DNA of 21,885 bases from Octopus sinensis (GCF_006345805.1 NW_021823684.1:1-21885), one strand, 5' to 3'. Positions 1-10,612 are shown, counted from the first letter of the stretch. Made by a program: numbers and translations. The notes: a model not told the origin generated them from the letters alone.

Positions 1-19
1 ATTCAATTCTTTATTTTAG

Positions 20-524
20 GTTATTTGACAACCTGTATGGCGGACAAGTAAATAATGCCACTGAAAGCAAAGGAAAAAAAAACAAACTAGATATTCTTTT
101 ATACGTTTCAGCCCAAACTATGGCCATACTGGAGCACCAACTTATTTTGCAACAATATATGCACGATTTTCAAAAAGGGAGAGCTTTTTTCTGTGATTTC
201 AATGGACGTTAACTACAGCATCGTCAATAAGTTTGGCACTCGCACAGACACAAATCTCACCATTCGTTTTACCCACGTATGAACTAAATTTTGATGGTTT
301 TCCTCCTTTCTCATTTGAAATTTCATTTGTATGTATCAAGCAAGTCTCAAACGGATCGTAAAAATACGTACTTTCAGAAACGGGCAGAAAGGAAGCTGAT
401 TTATATTTGTCTCACAAAGAAAGGGCTCTTTCACTGTATCCTCAAAAGAGCACCTAAAGGAAGCCCTAGCAAATGTTTTGGCTATGAATTTGCATATATA
501 GAAGGGAAAAAACCTATCGAATAA
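20..524 (+). CDS. Candidate 3' part of a spliced gene (exons 20-47, 112-276, 378-524), product unknown
   Basis: Acceptors ttattttag|20, tacgtttcag|112 and tactttcag|378; donors 47|gtaaat and 276|gtatga. The joined exons stay open: LFDNLYGGQ-PKLWPYWSTNLFCNNICTIFKKGELFSVISMDVNYSIVNKFGTRTDTNLTIRFTH-KRAERKLIYICLTKKGLFHCILKRAPKGSPSKCFGYEFAYIEGKKPIE*. No family is firmly recognised, so it could be chance or a pseudogene. Confidence 0.3.
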
Positions 525-1322
525 TCTGCCATTGATGGCGTCATTAAGTAGGTTTTTTCTTAATGTAATCACAACTAGACAAAAGTAATCGTGGCTCATG
601 ATTGTTTCTGGAAGCATCCTCTACTTATAAATAATCGTCCTTCTTGTAGTTTAGTATATTGATATAGCGTCACAGACACACTTATTTATGAATTTGGTTG
701 CTTTATTTTTGTGCTGTGTCCGGAGTATGTAGGAGTGTAATATATTGTCTCCATTCAGAAACCAGAATCTGGGTTCACAGCTCTCTCATTGGTCGAATTA
801 TTTCTTAATGTGTTTCTGAAACGAAGTAGGACAAAAACCTACAATAATACAAGCATATTCCAGAAGAAGCGGCTCGGCTATGTTTGACTGTACATGATGT
901 CTAACTATACGCTTATTTCATTTCAGAAACCTAGTACGTTTGTTCATGAATACACTAAATGCTTTCCCTCAACATTTCCGCCTAGGACGTTTCAGTTTTG
1001 TATCATATTGTTCTGGCCTTCATTGTGATTCAGACTTATCAGTTTACATTATGCGTTCATAATCTACTCATGTCGAATTTAACATACATTTTTGCTAGAT
1101 CAGTAAAATATGGAAGCAAGAAATAGATTTATTTAATCCATTACTTCCTCCGATAGAATATATCGTTTTGTGTTCCTAATACTACTCAACATGTCTATCA
1201 AGTTTCCAACATTTTCATGGGAGTTTCTACCGTAACATCACGTACATCTTCTCGATCCTTATACTTGTACAGAATTGTCTTTCGTAGTATATTATTCTAG
1301 TGTTATGTTGCTTCCTCTATAA

Positions 1323-1409
<87 letters not shown>

Positions 1410-1432
1410 GATAGCTAGATAGATAGATAGAT
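1323..1432. repeat. (TAGA)n tetranucleotide microsatellite
   Basis: Near-perfect run of tagataga read directly. Confidence 0.98.
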
Positions 1433-1746
1433 GTAGGTGTCAACAAGAGGTTGTCGCCCTTTGACCGCTACTAAATGACCATGTTGGCGTCTGGATCCTA
1501 GAACACCAGCAAGAATTTCATGAAGTGCAAGCAAGGTCCGAAGACATCTGACCGGGAGTTACGGATGTCCCCCTGGTCTGGGAGTCCTTTAATATCCTCG
1601 TCCGTTCGGCTATGCACTGCTTAAATGTTTGGTGCCATTGATGTTGGGGGCCTAGATTTTACAGGAACCATCATGGGAAATCCGTCATCTTTCAGCCACA
1701 GCTACGTAACTGATTCGCTTGAATCCTGAAGTCTATCTTACAGATG

Positions 1747-1766
1747 CACACACACACACACGCATA

Positions 1767-1802
<36 letters not shown>
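1747..1802. repeat. (CA)n microsatellite
   Basis: Read directly. Confidence 0.97.
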
Positions 1803-1805
<3 letters not shown>

Positions 1806-2106
1806 TCATGAACGAATTAATAACTTTGTATAAATCTTATTTCACTACGTTAACTCGCGAGTTTATAACATCGTAATATAAATAGCCTAAATTTACTCTT
1901 CCCCAAAAGTCTACCATGCAAAAAAGTGTATCTCCCCACACTAAAGTTCAATTACCTCCCCTGTCTCGAATAATAAAAATCCCCAATTATCTTTTCTTAG
2001 ATTTTTCCTACATGCTGGTTCATCTACTAACAAACTCTCATACGAGCAACTTCCACTAAAAACTCGTTAAGATAACACGAAATTGCAATATTTTCACCAA
2101 ATTCAA

Positions 2107-2147
2107 TGTTATGATAAGTGAAACGAGAAACAGGTAGAATATCATAA
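2107..2147 (+). repeat. Short dispersed repeat, copy 1 (degenerate hammerhead-like motif)
   Basis: tgttatgataagtgaaacgagaaacaggtagaatatcata closely matches 3038-3080. Confidence 0.6.
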
Positions 2148-2398
2148 TGCTCTATTCTTAATGTATAAATTGTGTGCTTTTACTTTCTTTTGTTATATAT
2201 TCTTTCATTACAACTCACAAATTTTTTACAATACATACATACATATAGACAGACAGACAGATAGACAGAAAGACATATATATATATATATGAGTAGTTGA
2301 ATGAATTATCTTATTAAGGATAATTCGAATTAACCGATACCGAAACATATGTCGAAAATGAAGGAATTTTGTTAATTCGTCGTTCAGCTTCATTCTTT

Positions 2399-2422
2399 CA
2401 CACACACACACACACACACACG

Positions 2423-2461
<39 letters not shown>

Positions 2462-2479
2462 TATATATATATATATATA
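2399..2479. repeat. Compound (CA)n(TA)n microsatellite
   Basis: Read directly. Confidence 0.97.
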
Positions 2480-3037
2480 CTCAAAATAAGCCAGAAGGAG
2501 GATATCCAAAGTAGAGTAGTACAATTGTTTCATGCTATTTCATTTCATTAAACACTGTAGGTATTACATCAGTTTTAAAATGTCGAGCAATCTTCAGCCA
2601 CATATAGAATTTTTTATTATAATCACCCCATTTGATTTTTATGGATAATACCATGCAAAATTCTGGTGCCTTTAACTATATATATATATATGCCCTCCGC
2701 AAAATTCCAATTTTTATATAATTGGCTTTGCAGGTGCAACTGTTTTATCGAAGGCATATGTTGTCATGAATTGCTCCAAATACGGATTAGAAAAGCAGCT
2801 GGCAACTGATTAAGGGTCGTTCCTTTCGTTGATTCTCTTGTTTTCCATTTGTTTCTTTCGTTGTTCGCAAAAGAGTTCATATTCCATATCCTCGTACTTC
2901 GTATTTTTTGTTGTTTGCGTTTTGTGATGTCCTGTGCCCCCACATATGCAAATGTATATACGTATACACATAAGTATGTACGTATACATAAGTATATATG
3001 TATATATATTATTTATATTATTATATATGTGTGTATG

Positions 3038-3080
3038 TGTTATGATAAGTGAAACGGGAAACCGGTAGACTAGTGTCATA
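3038..3080 (+). repeat. Short dispersed repeat, copy 2 (degenerate hammerhead-like motif)
   Basis: tgttatgataagtgaaacgggaaaccggtagactagtgtcata matches 2107-2147. Confidence 0.6.
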
Positions 3081-3112
3081 TTCTTTCCTTAACTAAATTT
3101 AAAATTTGCATA

Positions 3113-3274
3113 AGCTCAGGAGAGGCTGTGCGGTAAGCAGCTTGCTTACCAACCACATAGTACCGGGTTCAGTCCTATTGCGTGGTATCTTGGGCAAGTG
3201 TCTTCTACTATAGCTTCGGGCCGACCAAAGCCTTGTGGATTTGGTAGACGGACGGTGAAAGAAGCTCGTCGTAT

Positions 3275-3314
<40 letters not shown>

Positions 3315-3526
3315 GTGTGTGTATCCTTGTGTGTCTGCGTTTGTCTTACCAACATTGCTTAACTACCGATGCTGGGGTGTTTACGTCCACGTAAATTAGC
3401 GGTTCGGCAAGAGACCGATAGAATAAGTGCTAGGCTTGCAAAGAATAAGTCCTAGTTTCGATTTGCTCAACTAACGACGGTGCTGCAGCATGGCCGCAGT
3501 CAAATGACTGAAACAAATAAAAGAAT
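3113..3526 (+). mobile_element. SINE family A, near full-length (tRNA-like head, CORE-like segment, internal microsatellite)
   Basis: A-box-like ggctgtgcggta, B-box-like gggttcagtcc, CORE-like tcttgggcaagtgtctt, central (CA)n(TA)n(TG)n, 3' end catggccgcagtcaaatgactgaaacaaataaaagaa. Collinear with 9378-9825. Confidence 0.88.
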
Positions 3527-4059
3527 ATATATATATATATGGGTTTGTTATTGGTGCTCTTGTAGCTACTTCTTGTAGTTGTAGCTGTGTAATAGTCCCA
3601 GGACTGGTATAATAGAGCAAGACTAAGATTAAATATGCATTAGTACCAAACTTTTTCCTGTGATCTTTTAGCTAAGGACCTTGATTGTAATGTTAGCTTT
3701 ATATGGCAACCATTTTTGACGGATCAGTCTCTATATAGTAGCCCCCTGTTACACTAAGTCTATGCAAGCCTTGCTTATATACGTGTTTGAATAGATCACC
3801 GAATGTATCCCTTAATGGTTTTCTAGGGATTTGCACGAAATAAATAATGGAATGAGAAAATATCTTTCAAAAACGAAATCACATAAATACATGGACGTTC
3901 TTTAAAAATGTCTTTATCTTTTCCATATATGAGCCAAGCTGGAGTTGGTGAGCCTGGATATGTAAATACATAAATGTGTGTCTAAGAAATTATGATTTGA
4001 ATGTGTGTGCATGTGCTTGTAAATATGGTATGACTGCGTTCGTACGTGTTTGTGTGTGT

Positions 4060-4240
4060 CTATATGCATACATAATTACATACACATACATACATAGACA
4101 CACAGACACACATATATATGTATCTCTCTCTCACTTTATATATGTGTGTGAGTGTTGTGGATAAATGTATGTATATATATGTATACACATACATATATAT
4201 ATATACACATGTACAGGTAAATATATATATATACATGCGT

Positions 4241-4282
<42 letters not shown>

Positions 4283-4560
4283 CATCATACTTAATATATA
4301 TAATATATATATATGTATATATATTATATTATAATATATATATATATAAAGTATATATATATATATAGGTTTAATATTCCTGTTACATTGTAATAAAAGG
4401 ATGTTGATGAATATTACTATATATATCCATAAAACACTACCCCATACCAACAAATATCCCTACAATACACCTGTATATCTACGTACACAAATATACACAC
4501 GTATATACACCCACAGTCACAAATGCATACATTTATATATATATATATATATACGTAATA
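4060..4560. repeat. Degenerate (TA)n/(CA)n low-complexity tract
   Basis: Read directly; source of the YIYI ORF artefacts. Confidence 0.93.
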
Positions 4561-4718
4561 TATGCTAACTTTAGGTGTGTATACTTGTCTATACGTACGT
4601 TATGTAAGTATATTTAATTGTACATTATTGAAGATCTAAATTTGGTATTCTATTACCCCAACTCCTCACAAATGTATGTTTGTGGGGAGGAAATGAGGGG
4701 AAGAAAGGAAGGGAGAAA

Positions 4719-4819
4719 GGAGAGAGAGAGAGAGAGAGAGAAAGAAAACTGAAAGGGTGCGAGAGAGAGAGAGAGAGAGAGAAAGAAAACTGAAAGGGTG
4801 CGAGAGAGAGAGAGAGAGA
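4719..4819. repeat. (GA)n tract with a tandemly duplicated interruption aagaaaactgaaagggtgc
   Basis: The unit (GA)n-aagaaaactgaaagggtgc occurs twice in tandem. Confidence 0.93.
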
Positions 4820-5584
4820 AGGAGATTCGGTGTGACAGGCGAGAAAAGACAGACATAATCAGATATATAAACATCCACGCTTACACAAGAAATATATTCG
4901 CATACCCAGAACCACACATATATAGACAGATGTTTTATTACAATAGAAAAATGCATTGATGGGTATCCGAGTACATATGTATATATATATATATATAACA
5001 GAAGCTCTGCAACCATTGTCGGTACGCGAGTGAAACGCATCGCCATCCTCAAACCCGTCATTCGTTTCGCCTGACAATTTCAACGTTATTCCCACCTCCA
5101 TCTTGAAAACTCTATTTTACATGGTGTGCAAATGCAATTGATGGTGATGTAGCTGATGATACGGGTAGCGCTACGGGTGGTGATGGGCGTGCTAAGAGTA
5201 TTTAAGAGTATTAAGACTGTTAGGGTTGGATTAGGGGGTGTAAGCGACTGTCTTATTATATCATAAATGTTTTAATGTACCACACTCAGCAACATCGCTT
5301 CACCGCTTTACTTCCAGATAAATCGTTTTAACACTGTGTATAATTTCCTGAGCCCTTATTCTCTCTCCCTCTCTCTCGCATTCCTTCTCTCTCTGTCTCT
5401 CTACTCCCTCTCTCTCTTTTACTCTTCCTTTTCTACTTTTATCAGTGTATCTTTCAAATTATATATTACTACACACATATATATATACAGGCATACACCC
5501 GAATACCTACTCAAATGTATACGAATATGCATTAAAATTTATTTTACTCTCTCTCCTTTTATATATTTATAAAACGCGAATACC

Positions 5585-5621
5585 TGTATATATGTATATA
5601 TAGTGTATATATATATATATA

Positions 5622-5665
<44 letters not shown>

Positions 5666-5721
5666 TATATATATAATATATAGAGAGAAGAGAGAGAGAG
5701 AGAGAGAGAGATAGATGTACG

Positions 5722-5753
<32 letters not shown>

Positions 5754-6095
5754 TACATATCTTTTATATGTAGTCATATATTGTTATATATCTATCTTTA
5801 TTCCTATATAATTATATATATAAATCCTACATGTATACAATTACAAATTTGTCTATACATTTATATATATATACGTGTGTGTGTATGTGTATGTGTGTGT
5901 GTGTGTGCGTGTGTATATGTATATATGTATGTATGTATATATGTGTATATATACATATAAAGAAATATATGATGATTGTATATATACATATACGTCCACA
6001 CACATGCATGCATGCATACGTACATACGTACATACATATATACACACACGTATGTATATACGTATACGTATATATATATGTGCGCGCACACACGT
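5585..6095. repeat. Compound (TA)n/(GA)n/(TG)n low-complexity tract
   Basis: Read directly. Confidence 0.93.
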
Positions 6096-6559
6096 TTACG
6101 TGTAAAACGTTTGTGAATCAATGTTTGCGTATGTCTTCACTCAGAACCCGATTCCATCCAGCCAGGCTCTCACTAAACCTCTTTACAATTTTTCATTCAT
6201 TCATCCAGGCAGATTCTAAGACTTTCTCCTATAAAAACCCTGCCTTGGCTACATATACTTTAATAGCGATTCTACGTCTCTTCACATAATTTCCTCCTTC
6301 ACATACAACACTTCTGTCAACATTAATCTCTTTTCCTCTATAAATATAAACTTACTTTTCTTTTCCCCCGTGGACTGAATTTTGAAGCAATCTAACAGAA
6401 ACATATCCGAAATTTTGTGAAAGATATTTGTATTTTTCTTGAGTACTTGTATCAATAGGGTGGCGGAGAGAAAGAGACTTGGAGAAAAAGGAAGGAATTA
6501 TGAAAATATTTCGTAATTAAATGAATATGGAAATTTGTGTGTGCAACCACATATAACGC

Positions 6560-6853
6560 ATTCATATATGTATACACAAAGAGATATATATATATACATA
6601 CATATACACATATGTTATATTATATATCTATATATAATATATATATATAATATATATATATATGCATATATTAAGTACATACACATATATTTACATATCT
6701 ATATATACATACATATAGGTAAACGTACACACACACACACACATGGTAGATATAAATATCTATATCATGAGATTTTATTTTCTCATTTCACGATTCCTTT
6801 GTTTCTAAAAATAATATATATGTGTGTATATGCAAGTATGTACATATATATGT

Positions 6854-6885
<32 letters not shown>

Positions 6886-6995
6886 CTTATACATATATAT
6901 ATATAATATGTATATATTTGTGTGTATATATATGTATATATATACATATACGTGTATATATATATATTATATGTATATATTCATGTATATATATG

Positions 6996-7051
<56 letters not shown>

Positions 7052-7065
7052 TATATACGTATGTG
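6560..7065. repeat. (TA)n-rich low-complexity tract
   Basis: Read directly. Confidence 0.93.
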
Positions 7066-7540
7066 CGTATTTTACATGCCTCACTCATGCACCCGTGTAT
7101 TACGTCGTATACGCATGTTTATCTCTGTTTTGCAACGAAGCTCTTTGGAAAATGAAGCATTTCTTTCTTAAGGAACCGAAAGGTAATTATTTCATAGCGA
7201 CAAAATCTGATGAAAACAATTTTATTACATTTTCTAAAAACATGTCAATAACTAACAAAACACGCGAGTTTCGTTTTGCTTCCAACGTAATGTGATCGTT
7301 TACTCACGCAAAAATAGGCATTCATATATATATATATATATATCAACGTCCATACACACACACACATATATATTTATCCACATCCGTACAAACACACACA
7401 CACACACGATCTCCCACACTCTTGCATACACATACGTGCATATATATATATTATTATATATATATGTATATGCACAATTAACTACACCTGCGCGTGTACA
7501 TTAATCCTAGTATGGGGAATATATGTATTTCTTCTATACA

Positions 7541-7915
7541 TACATGTATATATGTATGAGTGTGTGTCTATTTGTATGTATGTATTTATATATACAAAAT
7601 TATACACACATATATACGCGCATAAATATATATACATATACATTTATACATATATACACACATACATGCATTATATATACATATACATTACATACATATT
7701 ATGTATATGTATGTATGTTATATTATGTATTATATATATATAATTACATGTATATACATGTATATATGTATGAGTGTGTGTCTATGTATGTATGTATTTA
7801 TATACAAAATTATACACACATATATACGGCATAAATATATATATACCTTTATACATATATACACATACATGCATATATATACACATACATACATATATAT
7901 GTATGTAGTATGTTG
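7541..7915. repeat. Tandem duplication (unit about 215 bp) of a low-complexity block
   Basis: tacatgtatatatgtatgagtgtgtgtctat...tatacaaaattatacacacatatatacg...cataaatatatatac starts near 7541 and again near 7756. Confidence 0.8.
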
Positions 7916-8078
7916 TATGTATGATATAGATCTATAGATATATTATATAATATATAATATATATATATATAAATATCATAATCGGACAATAATCTGATAG
8001 CTCTGCGTCGGCAAGAATAGAAAAAAATATAGAAAAACGTGAAAAGGGTTCAGTGAACTCACCGTGAGGAGTGGAGTA

Positions 8079-8107
8079 TACAAGGTTTCGGATTCAGCCT
8101 TCGTCAG
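8079..8107 (-). ncRNA. Minimal hammerhead-ribozyme-like motif
   Basis: Minus strand reads CUGACGA-A-GGCUGAAUCC-GAAAC-CUU-GUA. Core boxes are intact, stem II has only 2 bp, and stem I does not pair. Confidence 0.5.
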
Positions 8108-8278
8108 GGGGAAGAGAAAAAGAGAAGAAAAGGAGAAAAAAAGTCAGTTTATAGCTTCTCAACATGGGACCAGTATTTCCGACTCGAATCATATATAACA
8201 GACTTACCCCAAATTGTTGTTAAAGTACAGGCAAAATGGAGTCAAAACCGGCTAGTTTGTACAAGCATCGAATCGCAG

Positions 8279-8533
8279 AATTTGCAATAATAAACTCAAA
8301 GCAAATTTTGAAATCATTGAATGCGCACGTTTACAGTTTGCGTTATATATAATAGTAAGTGCATCCATTACGTAAATTTTCCTCAGTTAAACTATTTATC
8401 GATTTCGAAATGCTATAACTGAAAAAAGTTTACGTAATGGATATATTTTCTATTATATATTACACAAATTTGAAACGTACGTATTAAACGATTTTAAAAT
8501 ATCATTATTTGGTGTGGCTTCATTATTAAAACT
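8279..8533. repeat. Long imperfect palindrome (foldback or MITE-like)
   Basis: Arms of about 110 bp align as reverse complements; perfect core atccattacgtaaa (8363-8376) versus tttacgtaatggat (8429-8442); centre near 8400. Confidence 0.85.
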
Positions 8534-8833
8534 TAAACAGACACACGCACACACGAAGTTTTTCCTCTGCCAGATCAACTTCTTTATGTATGATTTTCTT
8601 TGCCATTTTCTGTAATCCAGAGTGTGCCGGTGACTATGTGACTTGACAGTGAAATCCTGACCCTGCGAAATACATATTTACATCAACTTTTCCCGCCAAT
8701 ATGTTGGCTCTTACACGTGAACTTTTGATTCTTGCATTAATAAGGACCCCAACGCAATCTGCACATTTTCTTATATTTTTGAATTTACGCATACTACTTC
8801 TTTTCCGGCCAGTATTAGACCACGTATATCACC

Positions 8834-9030
8834 AGTTGGCTAACCATTAGCACCTCGGGCGAAATGCCTAGCCGTATTTCGTCTGCCGTTACGTTCTGAG
8901 TTCAAATTCCGCTAAGGTCGACTTTGCCTTTCATTCAGTTACGCACTGGGGTTGATGTAATCGACTTAATCCGCTTGTCTGTCATTGTTTGTCCCCTCTA
9001 TGTTTAGCCCCTTGTGGGTAATAAAGAAAC
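8834..9030 (+). mobile_element. SINE family C copy with an internal deletion
   Basis: Matches 16212-16442 (gggcgaaatg..gtatttcgtctgccgttacgttctgagttcaaattccg..gtttagccccttgtgggtaataaagaaa) but lacks most of cctttcggggtcgataaattaagtac. Confidence 0.9.
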
Positions 9031-9034
9031 ATAT

Positions 9035-9273
9035 ATTATGGTATTGTACACCATAAACTGGAATACGTGGTTATCCAGCTTAATCCTGTATAACTCCTCA
9101 ACCACTGCTCCCGCAGGGTAGTCACTGACTTCCTCTGCTTTCAGTGGGAATTCCTCCTGCCTTTTAAGATCCATTTCCACATGTCTTTCTGCCTTTGAGA
9201 CCAGCCTCCTTGTGAACGCTGGCTGTTTGGTGTACACACTCTAACAGAGCGATTTGACACTCGATTTTTCCAT
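9035..9273 (-). pseudogene. Possible decayed coding fragment, probably transposon-derived
   Basis: Complex, GC-richer sequence reading MEKSSVKSLC*SVYTKQPAFTRRLVSKAERHVEMDLKRQEEFPLKAEEVSDYPAGAVVEELYRIKLDNHVFQFMVYNT with one internal stop. Family not recognised. Confidence 0.3.
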
Positions 9274-9377
9274 TTTCTTATACTGTATTTACTTACCGGA
9301 CTTACCCGTTGAAAAGGAGAAATAGACCCCTTCAAATTGACACTGCATAACGATATATTTAGGTATTATTTCCTATA

Positions 9378-9557
9378 GGCGTAGGAGTGGCAGTGTGGTA
9401 AGTAGCTGGTTCCGGGTTCAGTCCTACTGCGTGGCACCTTGGTCAAGTGTCTTCTACTAGAGCATCGGGCCGACCAAAGACTTGTTAGTGGATCTGGTAG
9501 ACGGAAACTGAAAGAAGCCCGTCGTATATATATATCTATATATAATATATATAAATA

Positions 9558-9588
<31 letters not shown>

Positions 9589-9825
9589 GTGTGTTTTGTG
9601 TGTGTGGTGTGTGTGTATGTTTGTGAGTCTGTGTTTGTTCCCCAAATATCGCTTGACAACCGATGCCGGTGTGTGTGTTTCCGTTCCCGTAACTTAGCGG
9701 TTCGGCAATAGACAGCGATAGAATAAGTACCAGGATTACAAAGAATAAGTCCTGGGCGCGATTTACTCGACCAAAGGCGGTGCTACAGCATGGCCACAGT
9801 CAAATGAATGAAACAAGTAAAAAAG
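9378..9825 (+). mobile_element. SINE family A, near full-length (short deletion in head)
   Basis: ggcgtaggagtggcagtgtggtaagtagc...gggttcagtcctactgcgtggcaccttggtcaagtgtctt..., central (TA)n(TG)n, 3' catggccacagtcaaatgaatgaaacaagtaaaa. Confidence 0.9.
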
Positions 9826-9999
9826 TACCTGGACATGGTGCAAATTTTCCGGAGATACCAAAGGTGGAACTGGTAAAATTTCACCTTGTTCGTGTTACCA
9901 TAAGCAGGTACCTCTAACCTATAGACAACCATAGTTAAGACGCCTGACACTAAACTTTGTGTTGTAGAAAGATTGCAAGGTTCTTATCAAAGACTGCGT

Positions 10000-10277
10000 A
10001 CATATTATATCGTCCCTTTTGACGAACCTCTAGTTTATGGGGACATAAACATATCAAGATAGTTGCAAAACGATGGGGAGAGGGTCACATACACACACGC
10101 TTGTGCAAGCGCGCGCACACACACACACACCTATACATACATTTATACATACAAACATACACTAAAACTCGAAAGGAGCCCGCCGTATAATATCATATAT
10201 ATATATATATATAAATATATTTATATATATATATATAAATATATGTATATATCTATGTGTGTCTATGTTCTTGTATG

Positions 10278-10351
<74 letters not shown>

Positions 10352-10460
10352 GGCTTGTTTCTTTCGGGCTTTTTGTCGGCCCAGGCTATAATAGAAGATA
10401 CTTGCCTAAGGTGCCACGTAGTGCGACTGAACCTGGAAAGATTTAGTTGAGTAAGAATCA
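10000..10460 (-). mobile_element. SINE family A, old diverged copy with an expanded internal microsatellite
   Basis: 10365-10440 (gtcggcccaggctataatagaagatacttgcctaaggtgccacgtagtgcgactgaacc) is the reverse complement of the family A head; 10005-10090 matches the post-microsatellite half. Confidence 0.72.
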
Positions 10461-10612
10461 AGGTGTTTTATGTCTTTACTGAACACTAAAATTTTTATCA
10501 AGGTTATTATGTTGTATTATATAGGTATTCCATTTTTACCTGGTAACAAAAAAGGACTTCATTGAAGTACACTTGAAACTTACCTTTTCATAATTGTTAC
10601 AAATAGTGTATT

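Noticed and set aside
336-617. 93-aa minus-strand ORF
   Set aside because: No recognisable motif, and the splice signals here favour the plus strand.
1809-2387. Possible terminal inverted repeats tgaacgaattaa / ttaattcgtcgttca defining a MITE
   Set aside because: Short, AT-rich, needs a 3-bp gap, and no TSD is visible.
5220-5238. Telomere-like ttaggg motifs
   Set aside because: Only two non-adjacent units; expected by chance.
7207-7245. Perfect CTGATGA (also at about 5153)
   Set aside because: No downstream stem II plus GAAA; an isolated heptamer.
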